Position numbers and translations under genes: made by a program. A stretch of DNA of 64,000 bases, taken from positions 5,022,001 through 5,086,000 of the forward strand of contig NC_043004.1 of the NCBI RefSeq assembly GCF_006345805.1, read 5' to 3'. Below the pieces are notes generated by a model, which saw only the letters and a program-made list of their open reading frames with translations, had not been told where the DNA came from and did no database searches. Source of the stretch: Octopus sinensis (lineage: Eukaryota). Below are positions 50,336 to 60,860 of the stretch, piece by piece; position 1 is the first letter of the stretch; every line of letters starts with the position of its first letter.

Positions 50336-51915
50336 TGATCAATGCTTCTGTAACTTTGCTTTTTTCTACGCATGGATTTTAGCCCTAAGCAAATCCGTTT
50401 TTATCCCTGGAATGAGGTGGTCAATATTAGTCTGGCCTCACAAGGTGGCAAGCCGGCAGAAGCATTAGCACATCAGACAAAATGCTGATGAGCATTTTGT
50501 CCATTTTTATGTACTGAGTTCAAATTCCAATGAGGTCAACTTTGCCTATCAACCTTTCAAGGTCTGTAGAATAAGTACCAGGATTGCTCGTCTTGTGCTA
50601 AAATATGAATCCATACTCATCTGGTCTCTATCTTTTGATCTGTCCAGCATGAGACCCTACTAGGAGCTTACACTCGGATGGTACAGGTCTCAGGGGTCAT
50701 TGAGGAACACAAGCCATCAGACTGCAACAAGAACCTATTTAGTGGGTTGTGATATTCATGCCTGATCTAAAACTCTGTACAGACATCAATAAATTTGTTG
50801 TTAGTGGCAGTAAATAAGTTAGAATTGAAAATTAGAGTTTGAAACTTCTTTTTGAATCCTATGCAACCCTAATTTTTCCTTTGAAAGAAACAAATGTCCC
50901 TGCTACAGCTTTTTCCTTCATTTACACTACAAATAGCATAGGAAATGTATGAGCACCACACAGTATTGTTTCTCCCTCTCTTCCTTCCAAAATATCTAAT
51001 GTACACATTCATGCACACACACACACATGTACATACATACATACTACAGATCCAATCCATCACTTGAACTGTAAAAATCTGTAAAACTTTCCAGAAGTTT
51101 GTCATTTAAATATATATGAGCATGTCTAGATATGTAACTATATACATGAGAATACATACATAAAATAAAACATACAAATCTGTACACATACACACATACA
51201 TACAAACAAAAATAATCTATTGTTGATGTTGAAATTCCAATAAAGGAGTCTTGGATTTAGGTTAGAAAACAGCTCCTTCTCTGTTGGTAAGAAATCTTGA
51301 AATAAAACTGAACAATGATGATTCATACATACTTTCATTACATATATACATAAACCAAACCACATTCAATATACAGACAAATCTAATGGTATTTTATATA
51401 GATATGAATGTCTACAAATTCTGCAGTAACCCAAAATAGAAGAATTATAAATCTCACTTAATATTTATCAATAAAAAAAATTTATTTTCAATAAAAAAAA
51501 TCAATGTTTTCAATATAAAAGCATACTACCATCACCACGCAATGGTCAGAGCTAGAATACTTTTGATCATAGGTCTATCTGCCTGATCAGGGCTGACTAG
51601 GAACTAAACAACAACAAAATGTTTGATTTGAAGCCGACACGAAAGCCTGTATAGGATCACCCAATCTGTTAGAAACAGCAGCTAAATCACTCTCAAATAC
51701 ATCTTATAGTCTTAAAAAATAAGACACTGAAGAATAAAGTGTAGGGCATACATCATCATCATCGTTAACCCTTCAGCATTTAAACCAGTTATATCCAGTC
51801 AAAATATTCTACCTGTTCTATGTTCAAACGAGCCAGATCTGGCCTTTCATATCTATCCTACAATGCATTCTAGAAATAAATAATCACATCATTGAAATCT
51901 GAAAGCCATAAGATA

Positions 51916-52126
51916 TTTTCTACTCTAGGCACAAGGCCCGAAATTTTAGGGGAGGGGGCCAGTCAGTTAGATCGACCCCAGTATGCAACTGGTACTTAAT
52001 TTATCGACTCCAAAAGATGAAAGACAAAGTCGACTTCGGCAGAATTTGAACTCAGAACATAAAGACAGACGAAATATCGCTAAGCATTTTGCCCGGTGAG
52101 CTAACGTTTCTGCCAGCTCGCTGTCT
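51916..52126 (-). mobile_element. Full-length Nin/Deu-core SINE inside a piggyBac-like MITE remnant
   Basis: 16-bp TSD tgaaagccataagata (51900-51915, 52127-52142). Confidence 0.85.
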
Positions 52127-52194
52127 TGAAAGCCATAAGATAATGAAACTCAGATAAGTCTCAGCCAGAACTGGCCCAGGCCAAGTCTAACTTA

Positions 52195-52600
52195 ATAGCA
52201 CCACTTGGAAAGGACATTTAATGATTGTTTCATATTACAGTCTTTCTTTGGACCCCTTAGCCTGTTTGAGTAAGAGTTATTATTTCCGAGTGTAGGTAGT
52301 TTATCTGGAATTTGTTGGAGATATTCGTCCAGGATTTGTTTGAATGTTATGAGATCTTTTTCTTCTCTTATGTGCCATGGCATGACTAATTGAAAACAAT
52401 TTGAACAAATAAGCATCACATTTGACAAAGTTATCTGAATGCTGAAGATTCGTGTCCACTTTTCAATCCTTGCCAAAGTCAGATGAAATTTATTAAGGCC
52501 GATTTTCTAAGGCTAGTTGCTGTTCCTGTTACCAACATTCACCCATTTTCAAGTAAATTAATATATCCACTCTAACCTCTCAACTGGCACAAGATCACCT
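52195..52600 (-). mobile_element. CR1-group LINE 3' remnant
   Basis: HIREEKDLITFKQILDEYLQQIPDKLPTLGNNNSYSNRL matches the CR1-group C-terminal FKxxLDxYLxxIPDxP...NSL motif. Confidence 0.55.
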
Positions 52601-53389
52601 CCTCCAATAACACCCTCCCCTCTCAAAAAATCTTTGTCTCGTGAATTACTTGGTGACCGTCATCAGTGCTGAATTATGTAAAATAAGATCCAGTCCACAG
52701 TGTAAAGTGGTTGGCCTTAAGAAGGGCATCAAGCCATCCAAAACAGACAGTGAAGCTTCGACTAGACAACTCCTGTCAAACTGTCGAACCCGTGCCAGCA
52801 TGGACAGAGGACGTTAAACAATGATGATGATGATAATGATGACAATGATGAAGACGATGATAATGATCATCCCCATGTTTTTAAAGAAGATTGGAAATGA
52901 AGGACACCACTTGCTTGATGATGACACTCAACCATCACTTGGTGTCACGGCAAGGATATGGTAACACACACATGCATGCACATGCACACACACACACTAA
53001 CTCCATTCATAAGGTTTTGGTTGAACTGGAGCTTTAGTGGGAAACCGTGGGAGCTGCAGTTGAGAACCACTAATCTAAATTCAGAATTAAAGGGTCGTTA
53101 ATACTGCAACAACATTTTTGTTTTTGCTGCCCTGTAAAAGTGTAACCAGAGCATGTACCACTCAGGCAGCCCTTGAGTTAATCCCCACCCCAGGGACCCC
53201 CAGTTACGCTATAAAGGCTTATACAGCAGACCCAAAAGTGCTGCCTTCACAAAAGTGGTCCCTGGAGTCAGCTCACCCCATCACCCCACTGCAGCTACGC
53301 TACCTTTTGCTATTATTGTTTAATCCAAAGTCAACTCAGATCAAGCAAATCTTAGATCAAAAGTGTTTCAGCAAGGACTACCCTGTATT

Positions 53390-53725
53390 TTTTTTTCTTT
53401 TGACTGTGGCCATGCTGGACTTACTCTTTGTAAGCCTAGTACTTATTCTATCAGCCTCTTTTGCTGAACCACTAAGTTACAGGGGCATAAACACACCAAC
53501 ATTGGTTGTCAAACAATGGTGGGAGGACAAACACAGAATTACAAACATATATATATATATATATATATATGACAGGCTTCTTTCAATTTCTGTCTACCAA
53601 ATCCACTCTCAAGGCTTTGGTCAGCCCAAATCTATAGTAGAAGACACTTGTCCAAAGTGCCATGCAGTGGGACTGAACCTGGAACCATGTGGTTGATAAG
53701 CAAGCTACTTACCACACAGCCACTC
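53390..53725 (-). mobile_element. SINE family 2, CpG-decayed copy
   Basis: atgacagg/ctgtc/tcagcccaa/ccatgc/cctgg in place of acgacgag/ccgtc/tcggcccga/ccacgc/cccgg. Confidence 0.8.
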
Positions 53726-54689
53726 TATGTATTTTTTTCTTTAGGGGTGTTCAAGAATACAGATGATTTAGGAGGTGATTTTATTGTTATTTGTAGCAAG
53801 ACAACATATGGCTTGTTTATGTTTTTCATAGTTGCCAAAGGAGGAGGTGGTTGACGATTGAATCAATCTTATCTCTTCTTGCTATCCCCAGTATATAACT
53901 GGTTCTTAGTTTGATGATTCGCAAGTTAAACTAAATGGGAACGTCCAGCATGGTTTGATCTGAACTCCACACGAAAGAGTATAACTAATGCAGTCGCATG
54001 GTCTGCTAGAAATAACAGCCAAATCACACTACCATCTTTGAAAAAGTGCAGACATAATGCATAATGTTATCTTAAACATACAATATTTAGGGGTAAAAAG
54101 TTTGACCTCAAACTTAGATCAGGCTTATTTTGAACTGTGTTTGACCTGAGCTCAAAAGAAATAAAAAGCTAGACAGCATACGAGCTAACGAGACTCTTTA
54201 TGTAGTCGCTCGACTCGCTAGAAATAATAACCAAATATCTCTCACTTCGCACCCTAACCTCTTAAATAAGGAAAGGGATAGGTTGTGTTGTTCTAGACAC
54301 ACCCCTAAAGAGATAGGTGAAACCGATCGGGGCTGACCTGGGGCTAAATAGAATCACCTAGTAGAAAGGCATCCAGCGATCTAAAATTTCGTTCCTGCTG
54401 CTACGTTGCCGTCGAGTGTCATAATAATGACTTAAGCTGCTTAGATGTGATTTAATAAATTAATAAATATATATCTCACACACATACCCATCACATCTTC
54501 CTTCTGTCTGGACATAACTTATCGATTTCATTGACTGTGAGAGTAAAGGCCTCAGATTTATGAGGCAGAAAAGAAATTCGATATATTTCTACGCTTTGTG
54601 TTTTGTCCAAAGGCATTTATCAGCATAAATGAAGTCTTAGTATTCTTTTATAACTCCAACTCCATTCACATCTCAGATGCTTTATCGGA

Positions 54690-55180
54690 ATATTAAATCG
54701 ACCACTATTGCTTTCACTTGTATTATATTTCATCGACCTCGGAAGGATGAAAGGCCAAAGTTGACTTCGGTCTGATTTGAACTTGGAATGCAAAGTACCG
54801 CAATTAGATATCCTTTTCTTTTCTAGACACAAGGCCCGAAATTTTGAAGGAGGGGGCTAGTCGATTAAATCGACCCCAGTACACAACTGGTACATAATTT
54901 ATCGACCCCGTAAGGATGAAAGGCAAAGTCGACCTCGGCGGAATTTGAACTCAGAACGTAAAGACAGACGAAATACCTATTTTTCTACAACCCACAAGGG
55001 GCTAAACACAGAGAGGACAAAAAGGACAGACAAACGGATTAAGTCGAATATATCGACCCCAGTGCGTAACTGGTACTTATTTAATCGACCCCGAAAGGAT
55101 GAAAGGCAAAGTCGACCTCGGCGGAATTTGAACTCAGAACGTAGCGGCAGACGAAATACCGCTAAGCATTTCGCCCGGCG
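54690..55180 (-). mobile_element. Three stacked/nested Nin/Deu-core SINEs
   Basis: Core motif at ~54730, ~54900 and ~55085. The copy at ~54980-55180 interrupts the copy starting at 54817. Confidence 0.8.
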
Positions 55181-55850
55181 CACAAGGCATTTTATCTGAA
55201 ACTCTAATGATTCTGCAAATCACATCGCCTTGTATATTTGTAAATGAGATAATGCAGTTTTGTGCAGGTTTTCGCTGAGAATCGAAACCCAATCCTCGGA
55301 ATCGGCTAGATAGCTTACAAACGTCATGCTACACAAAATTTCCCCATCACTACCACAACTAACATAATCATCATAGTTTGTTACAAAGAGTTCCTCTTTT
55401 AAATTATAGATATTTCTTCTTACTTCCACCACCACCCACACACACAAACACTAATAGAGATTTCAAGACATGTATTCAAAGCATAGAGACATCTAATCAG
55501 GGACGAGATAGAGATCTATTTGTACAGACCGACCCAACCACTAGCTTGTATATGTGCGCGCTGACCTGCAAACAAGCGATATCCACGTGTACGCTAAATA
55601 GTGAAAAAAAAAAAAAGAAACAAGATCGCATTTTCATGTCCAGTAAATAATTCTTAAATAAACATGGCACATGCATGAAAATATAGTTGTTGTTGTCAAT
55701 GCTAATCAAGCAAACATGTGGTTAATCAAGGGCGTTGTAACCATGACCACCTCATACGACAATTTTTCTTTTAATTTTTTCATAGTGCATCTAGGACTAC
55801 GCTAATAAATCTTTTTCTTTGTTATTGTTTTTGTTTTTTCTTCAGACAGG

Positions 55851-56215
55851 CACAGGCATGGCTGTATGACTAAGAAACTCGCTTTGCAGCCACGTGGTTT
55901 TGGGTTCAGTCCCAATGCGCGACACCTTGGGCAAGTATCTTCCTACAGCTTTGGGCCGAACCAATGGCTTTTGAGTAGATTTGGTACACGGAAACTCGTG
56001 TGGAAACCCGTTGAATGTGTGTGTGTGTGCTTGTCACCCATCACCACATATATACGACGAGCTTCTTTCAGTTTCCGTCTACCAAATCCACTCACAAGGC
56101 TTTGGTCGGCCCGAGGCTATAGTAGAAGACACTTGCCCAAGGTGCCACGCAGTGGGACTGAACCCGGAACCATGTGGTTGGTAAACAAGCTACTTACCAC
56201 ACAGCCACGTCTCCT
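55851..56215. mobile_element. Adjacent inverted pair of SINE family 2 copies (55851-56000 +, 56040-56215 -)
   Basis: Same head/core in opposite orientations with a ~40-bp spacer. Confidence 0.8.
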
Positions 56216-56219
56216 TTAT

Positions 56220-56680
56220 TGCACATAAATTTTAACAACAAAATGGACCCCGGTTTAGAGCCACTGGGGATGACGGAAACGGAGAGGAAGTTCGTTAGAT
56301 GGCTAATCCCTGTAATTCAAAGTTGCAGACTTGACGCATTTTGTTTGACACTGATTCGACCAGAGAATTACGTTATAAGAACACACGTGTCCGAAGAAGA
56401 TATTCATCCACTTACACGTTAACCTAACGTTAATCTAGTTCAGCCGATCATCGAACGAACTGAATGCTTGTCGTTGAAATCGAAGGCGAACGATTTATCA
56501 ATAGCCCATCCTTTACGTCAGCGGGTTTTCGTTCGTGGAGAAGTAATAAATCTTCGAAGATTTGTGATTTTTATCCCATCGGTATTAAAGGGATTTGAAT
56601 ACGATATTAGGTCGGGATGGATCGGTAAATACATACATGCATAAAAAAAACAATGTATACACGCACGCATGCGCGCGCGA
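56220..56680 (-). promoter_or_regulatory. Candidate promoter / non-coding first exon of the zinc-finger gene
   Basis: CpG-rich unique DNA with a consensus donor ACGT|GTAAGT at 56415, TTACGTCA (CRE-like, 56513-56520), and YY1-like CAAAATGG and ETS-like GGAAGT at ~56240-56290. Confidence 0.4.
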
Positions 56681-57525
56681 TGTTTTGTTCTTATGTCAAG
56701 TTAGATATAAAAACAATTTAACGTTAAACTGAAAGATTATTCAATGCTTTTAGAAGAGAACATATTTATTAAAACTTGTACAAGAAACTGGATGAAACTT
56801 AAACCTTTTCTTTGTAAACTTCGAAGTCAAAGTTTAATAAATACACACACACATACATACATACATACATACATCATCGTCCTCCGTCATCGTTTTAACA
56901 TCCACTCTCCTATGCTGTCGCCAACCCCCAACTGTTTCCAAGTGAGGTATATTTCCACACAACCAGACGTGTTTTCACGAAAGACTGGAAACGAAGGACA
57001 CTGCTTGCACAACGGTGACACTCGTTTACAATTATCATGTAAATCAATTCCATGCAGACAGTAACGCGCGCGCGCGTGTATCTCTTCACAAAGCTTTGGT
57101 CGGCCCGGGGCTAAAACCGAAGACACTTGTCTAGAGTGCGACACAACGGGATTGAACCCGAATCCATGTGGTTGGGAAGCAAACTTCTTACTACACAGCC
57201 ACGCCTGCGCCATGAATGTATGTATGTATGTTACATGCAACGCACTAGCGTAGCTGGGGGCGATGGTAGGGGTGGTCTTCTCCGGGCAGCACTTTCGGGT
57301 CTGCTGTAAGCAATATGTTTTTCGTGGTGTCCGGGGGCGGCAAACGGAAAGGCCGCCCCGGGCGGCACACACTCTAGCTACGCTAGCGATGCGATGTGAA
57401 ATATCCGAGTATAGGAGTTGGGATAAATGCAAAGTTTTGTGGGACAGCAGCTTTTAACGTCCCTCTCAGACTCGTGGCATCGATGGTCAGTCGGATCTTC
57501 AGTAATGTACAGGTACCCTCTAAAT

Positions 57526-58176
57526 CGGTGGTACTCAACCAATGTTTACCTATGGACCCCTTTTTGATTCCTATTTTATCTGGGTGGACCCCCAGAGCCA
57601 TTCCCTGTTTTTAAAAATCCTATTACGTTTTTATAATCAAATATTATTTATGAATTGTATAAAGAAACTAGCAGTATAGCCCGGCGTTGCCCAGATCTAT
57701 TTTGTTTTCGACACTTTAGAATTGAAATTTTTGAAAAGTAAAAATTTTGCATTATGTAGCTTGTTATTATCTTTAAGTGAATATTTTCCTGGTTGAAATA
57801 CACCCAAAAATGGCGACACAGCAGTAAAAAAATCGTAAAAAATAGGGATTTTCATAGAGAAAAAAAATCACCTTTTTGATGTAAATAATTTTTGGTCTTA
57901 ACATGGTCCGATTTGAATTCTACGGAATGAAGAGCAAGCCTTCTTCTATCATACTCTCAATTTTGGTCAACTTGCGCCGCAGAGTCTCGGAGGGGATAGT
58001 GTTAGTTGAAGGCTACCAAACCTGCCACACACAGACAACTTCAGCTTTATATATAAAGATTGTTGAAATATTTTGTGTATTCTGGAAGTATAACCAATTC
58101 ATTGCAAATAAATTCTAAGAAAATCTTGTATGGAACCCACCCCAAAGGTCATATGAACCCCGGTTGAGAACCACTG
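57526..58176. mobile_element. hAT-like MITE split by a Helitron
   Basis: Termini cggtggtactcaacc / ggttgagaaccactg with TSD ctctaaat/ctctaatt. Confidence 0.8.
57668..58059 (-). mobile_element. Non-autonomous Helitron, 392 bp
   Basis: 5' A|TCTTTATATATAAAG and 3' GGGCAACGCCGGGCTATACTGCTAG|T. No TSD. Removing it restores aaagaaattgttgaaatattttgtg as in the sister MITE at ~61015. Confidence 0.85.
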
Positions 58177-58596
58177 CTCTAATTAGTCACTTGACTTGCA
58201 ACAGAAATAGCAGCCAAATCACCTCCAAATCAAACTTTACCATTTTAAAAGAATATTTCGGATATTGTTTGCCTTGAATACACAATACCTGAATAAGGAA
58301 AAAGACGAGATGGACATAGTTGGAACATCGTCAATCGGCCCTAAACTGAAGCTAATCTTGTTAGATTAGCTCCAGTTTAATGTAGACAGGGTGGTAATTC
58401 CAGAGGGTTCTGAGAAGGAATTATTTAATAGGGTTTAAGAGAAGTATCGAGTGGGATGTGATAGGATAAGGATAGCGAGAGGAAGAAACACGGGTGCATA
58501 CAGTTTACAGGTGTAGAGGACTGGAAACTTGATTGCGGACTCGGTTCGCCTGATCAATGTTACAGAGAGACCAAGGATTTGGGATTGACGAGAGCT

Positions 58597-58630
<34 letters not shown>

Positions 58631-58632
<2 letters not shown>

Positions 58633-58671
58633 CTGCCGACGAACGGGAACGTGAAACTCTGAGTAGCAATT
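58631..58671 (+). ncRNA. Minimal type I hammerhead ribozyme-like motif (one core defect)
   Basis: Stem I aactgc/gcaatt (5/6), core C-GACGA, stem II acg-GGAA-cgt, GAAA, palindromic stem III ACTC-T-GAGT, GUA triplet. Confidence 0.5.
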
Positions 58672-58749
58672 TTTGCGATGATTTTGCATATTACTCTGCC
58701 TTTGGTATTCGAGTACTATTTTTCCCCACCTTGTTTTGCACTTATGTGC

Positions 58750-58965
58750 TTACTCGTGTGTTGCCGCCTGACTGGCTCCCGTGCCGGTGGCACGTGAAAA
58801 GCACCCACTACACTCTCGGAATGGTTGGCGTTAGGAAGGGCATCCATCTGTAGAAACCATGCCAGATCAGATTGGAGCCTGGTACAGCATAGTGGCTTAC
58901 CAGCCCTCAATCAAACCGTCCAAACCATGCCAGCATGGGAAGCGGACGTTAAATGATGATGGTAA
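58750..58965 (+). mobile_element. RTE 3' tail with CpGs retained
   Basis: ctgactggctcccgtgccggtggcacgtg...ttggcgttaggaagggcatcc...gacgttaaatgatgatg. Confidence 0.85.
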
Positions 58966-58974
58966 TAATGATTG

Positions 58975-59009
<35 letters not shown>

Positions 59010-59300
59010 TTTTTTACTTGTTTCAATCACTGGACTGCTGCCACGCTGGGGCACAGTCTCGAAGGGTTTTAGTCGAAATCGACTCCAATACTATTTTTCA
59101 ATTTGGTAATTATTCTATCAGTCTCTTTCTCGAAACCACTAGCTTACGGGGACATAAACAAACCAACACTTGTTCTCAAGCGGTGGAACGGGGGACACAC
59201 ACGCACACTCATATACGACAGGCTTCTACACAGTTTCCATCTGAGGCTATAGAAGAAGACACTTGCCCAAAGTTAGCTTCTTAGCTATAGAACCATACCT

Positions 59301-59596
59301 CCTTCTCGAGCCACGCTTGGCTCATAAGGGCCGGTTTCCCAATTTCCTTGGTGTATAGGTTCCCCACCTGGACGGGACGCCGGTCCGTCGCAGGTGAGCT
59401 GCAAGATGCGGGAGGAAAGAGTGAAAGAAAGTTGTTTGCGAAAGAGTCAGCAGAAGTCCGCCATTACCTTCTGCCGGAGCCGCGTGGAGCTTAGGTGTTT
59501 CGCTCATAAACACACACATCGCCCGGTCTGAGATTCGAGCCCGCGATCCCTCGACCGCGAGACCGCTGCTCTAACCACTAGGCCATGTGCCTCCAC
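59301..59596 (-). mobile_element. Young full-length tRNA-derived SINE (tRNA-Arg-like head)
   Basis: Head GGAGGCACATGGCCTAGTGGTTAGAGCAGCGGTCTCGCGGTCGAGGGATCGCGGGCTCGAATCTC. 10-bp TSD aaccatacct (59291-59300, 59597-59606). Confidence 0.85.
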
Positions 59597-59943
59597 AACC
59601 ATACCTATAGTAGATTAAAATAATCTTTTTAATCAAAACGGGTTTGCATTCTGTCATCGTTTCTGTACTGTATCCGTGACAAAGACACTTAACTCAGTGG
59701 CCCAGTCCATCAGACTATAGCAAGGCGTCACGCTGCAGTGCAGTTACGCCATACACCTGATTGAGACATTAAATCTCTGCAATTTAATTCACTGACTGAC
59801 TACTAACAGCCGAGTTCACCTGGGTGGTATAGTAGTTCACCATTCCAAGCTGCAGCAAGTAACACGGTAGTTCACTGACTTGCAGAGCTGAATGTAGATG
59901 CTGCGACAAAAGTACAGCCGCCTGCCCAAGAAAAAAATATCAA

Positions 59944-59980
59944 ATTTATCATCCATTCCATTACGGAATGGATGATAAAT
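59944..59980. repeat. Perfect 16-bp inverted repeat with 5-nt loop
   Basis: atttatcatccattcc-attac-ggaatggatgataaat. Confidence 0.95.
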
Positions 59981-60239
59981 ACTGCGTCTGTGACAAATAT
60001 ACTTGATTGTCTATGGTCCGTACATGTCAATAATAACTAGTGCAATTCACAGCCGTGTATAACGAAAGGACTATAATTTTGACGAGTGCTTTGATACTGC
60101 CTATTGCTAGATTCCTATATACGTGTCAGCTAATGGGTTTGGACAATGTCAGAAGCAGGTGATTTAACCTGTCTTGCGTATCACAGGTAATACAGATGAC
60201 ACATTGCCTCGGCGTCGTGCATTGTATATGATACGCATT

Positions 60240-60437
60240 CATTTATTTGTTTCAGTAACTTGACTGTGGCCATGCTGCAGCACCGCCTCTAGTCGAGCAA
60301 GTCGACCCCAGATCTTATTCTTTGTAAGCCTAGTACTTATGCTATCGGTCTATTTTGCCGAACCGCTAAGTTACGGGGACATAAACACACCAGCGATGTT
60401 AGGGGGGACAAACACAGACACGCAAACATACACACAT

Positions 60438-60488
<51 letters not shown>

Positions 60489-60640
60489 AAATGGGACAAG
60501 AACGCAAAACATCCGGACAGTTAGGTAATACAAAAATGGGACAACAAAACATCCAGATAGACGATACAAAGAAAACAAGGACGGGTCATTCGGAGTTTTC
60601 TTTCCTCAATCGAGTACCAGATTATCTTCGCAATTTCGGT

Positions 60641-60704
<64 letters not shown>

Positions 60705-60860
60705 CGATGGGCTTCTTTCAGTTTCCGTCTACCAAATTCACCCACAAGGCTTTGGTCGGCCCGAGGCTATAGTAGAAGACACTTGCCCAAGGTGCCATGC
60801 AAAGGGACTGAACCCGGAACCATGTGGTTGGTAAGCAAGCTACTTACCACACAGCCACTC
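60240..60860 (-). mobile_element. Young SINE family 2 with expanded (TA)n carrying a 155-bp insert (60487-60642)
   Basis: Family homology with CpGs intact; insert flanked by (TA)n. Confidence 0.8.

Noticed and set aside
59520-59596. tRNA gene
   Set aside because: tRNA-like head without a proper acceptor stem, continuous with a SINE body and flanked by a TSD.
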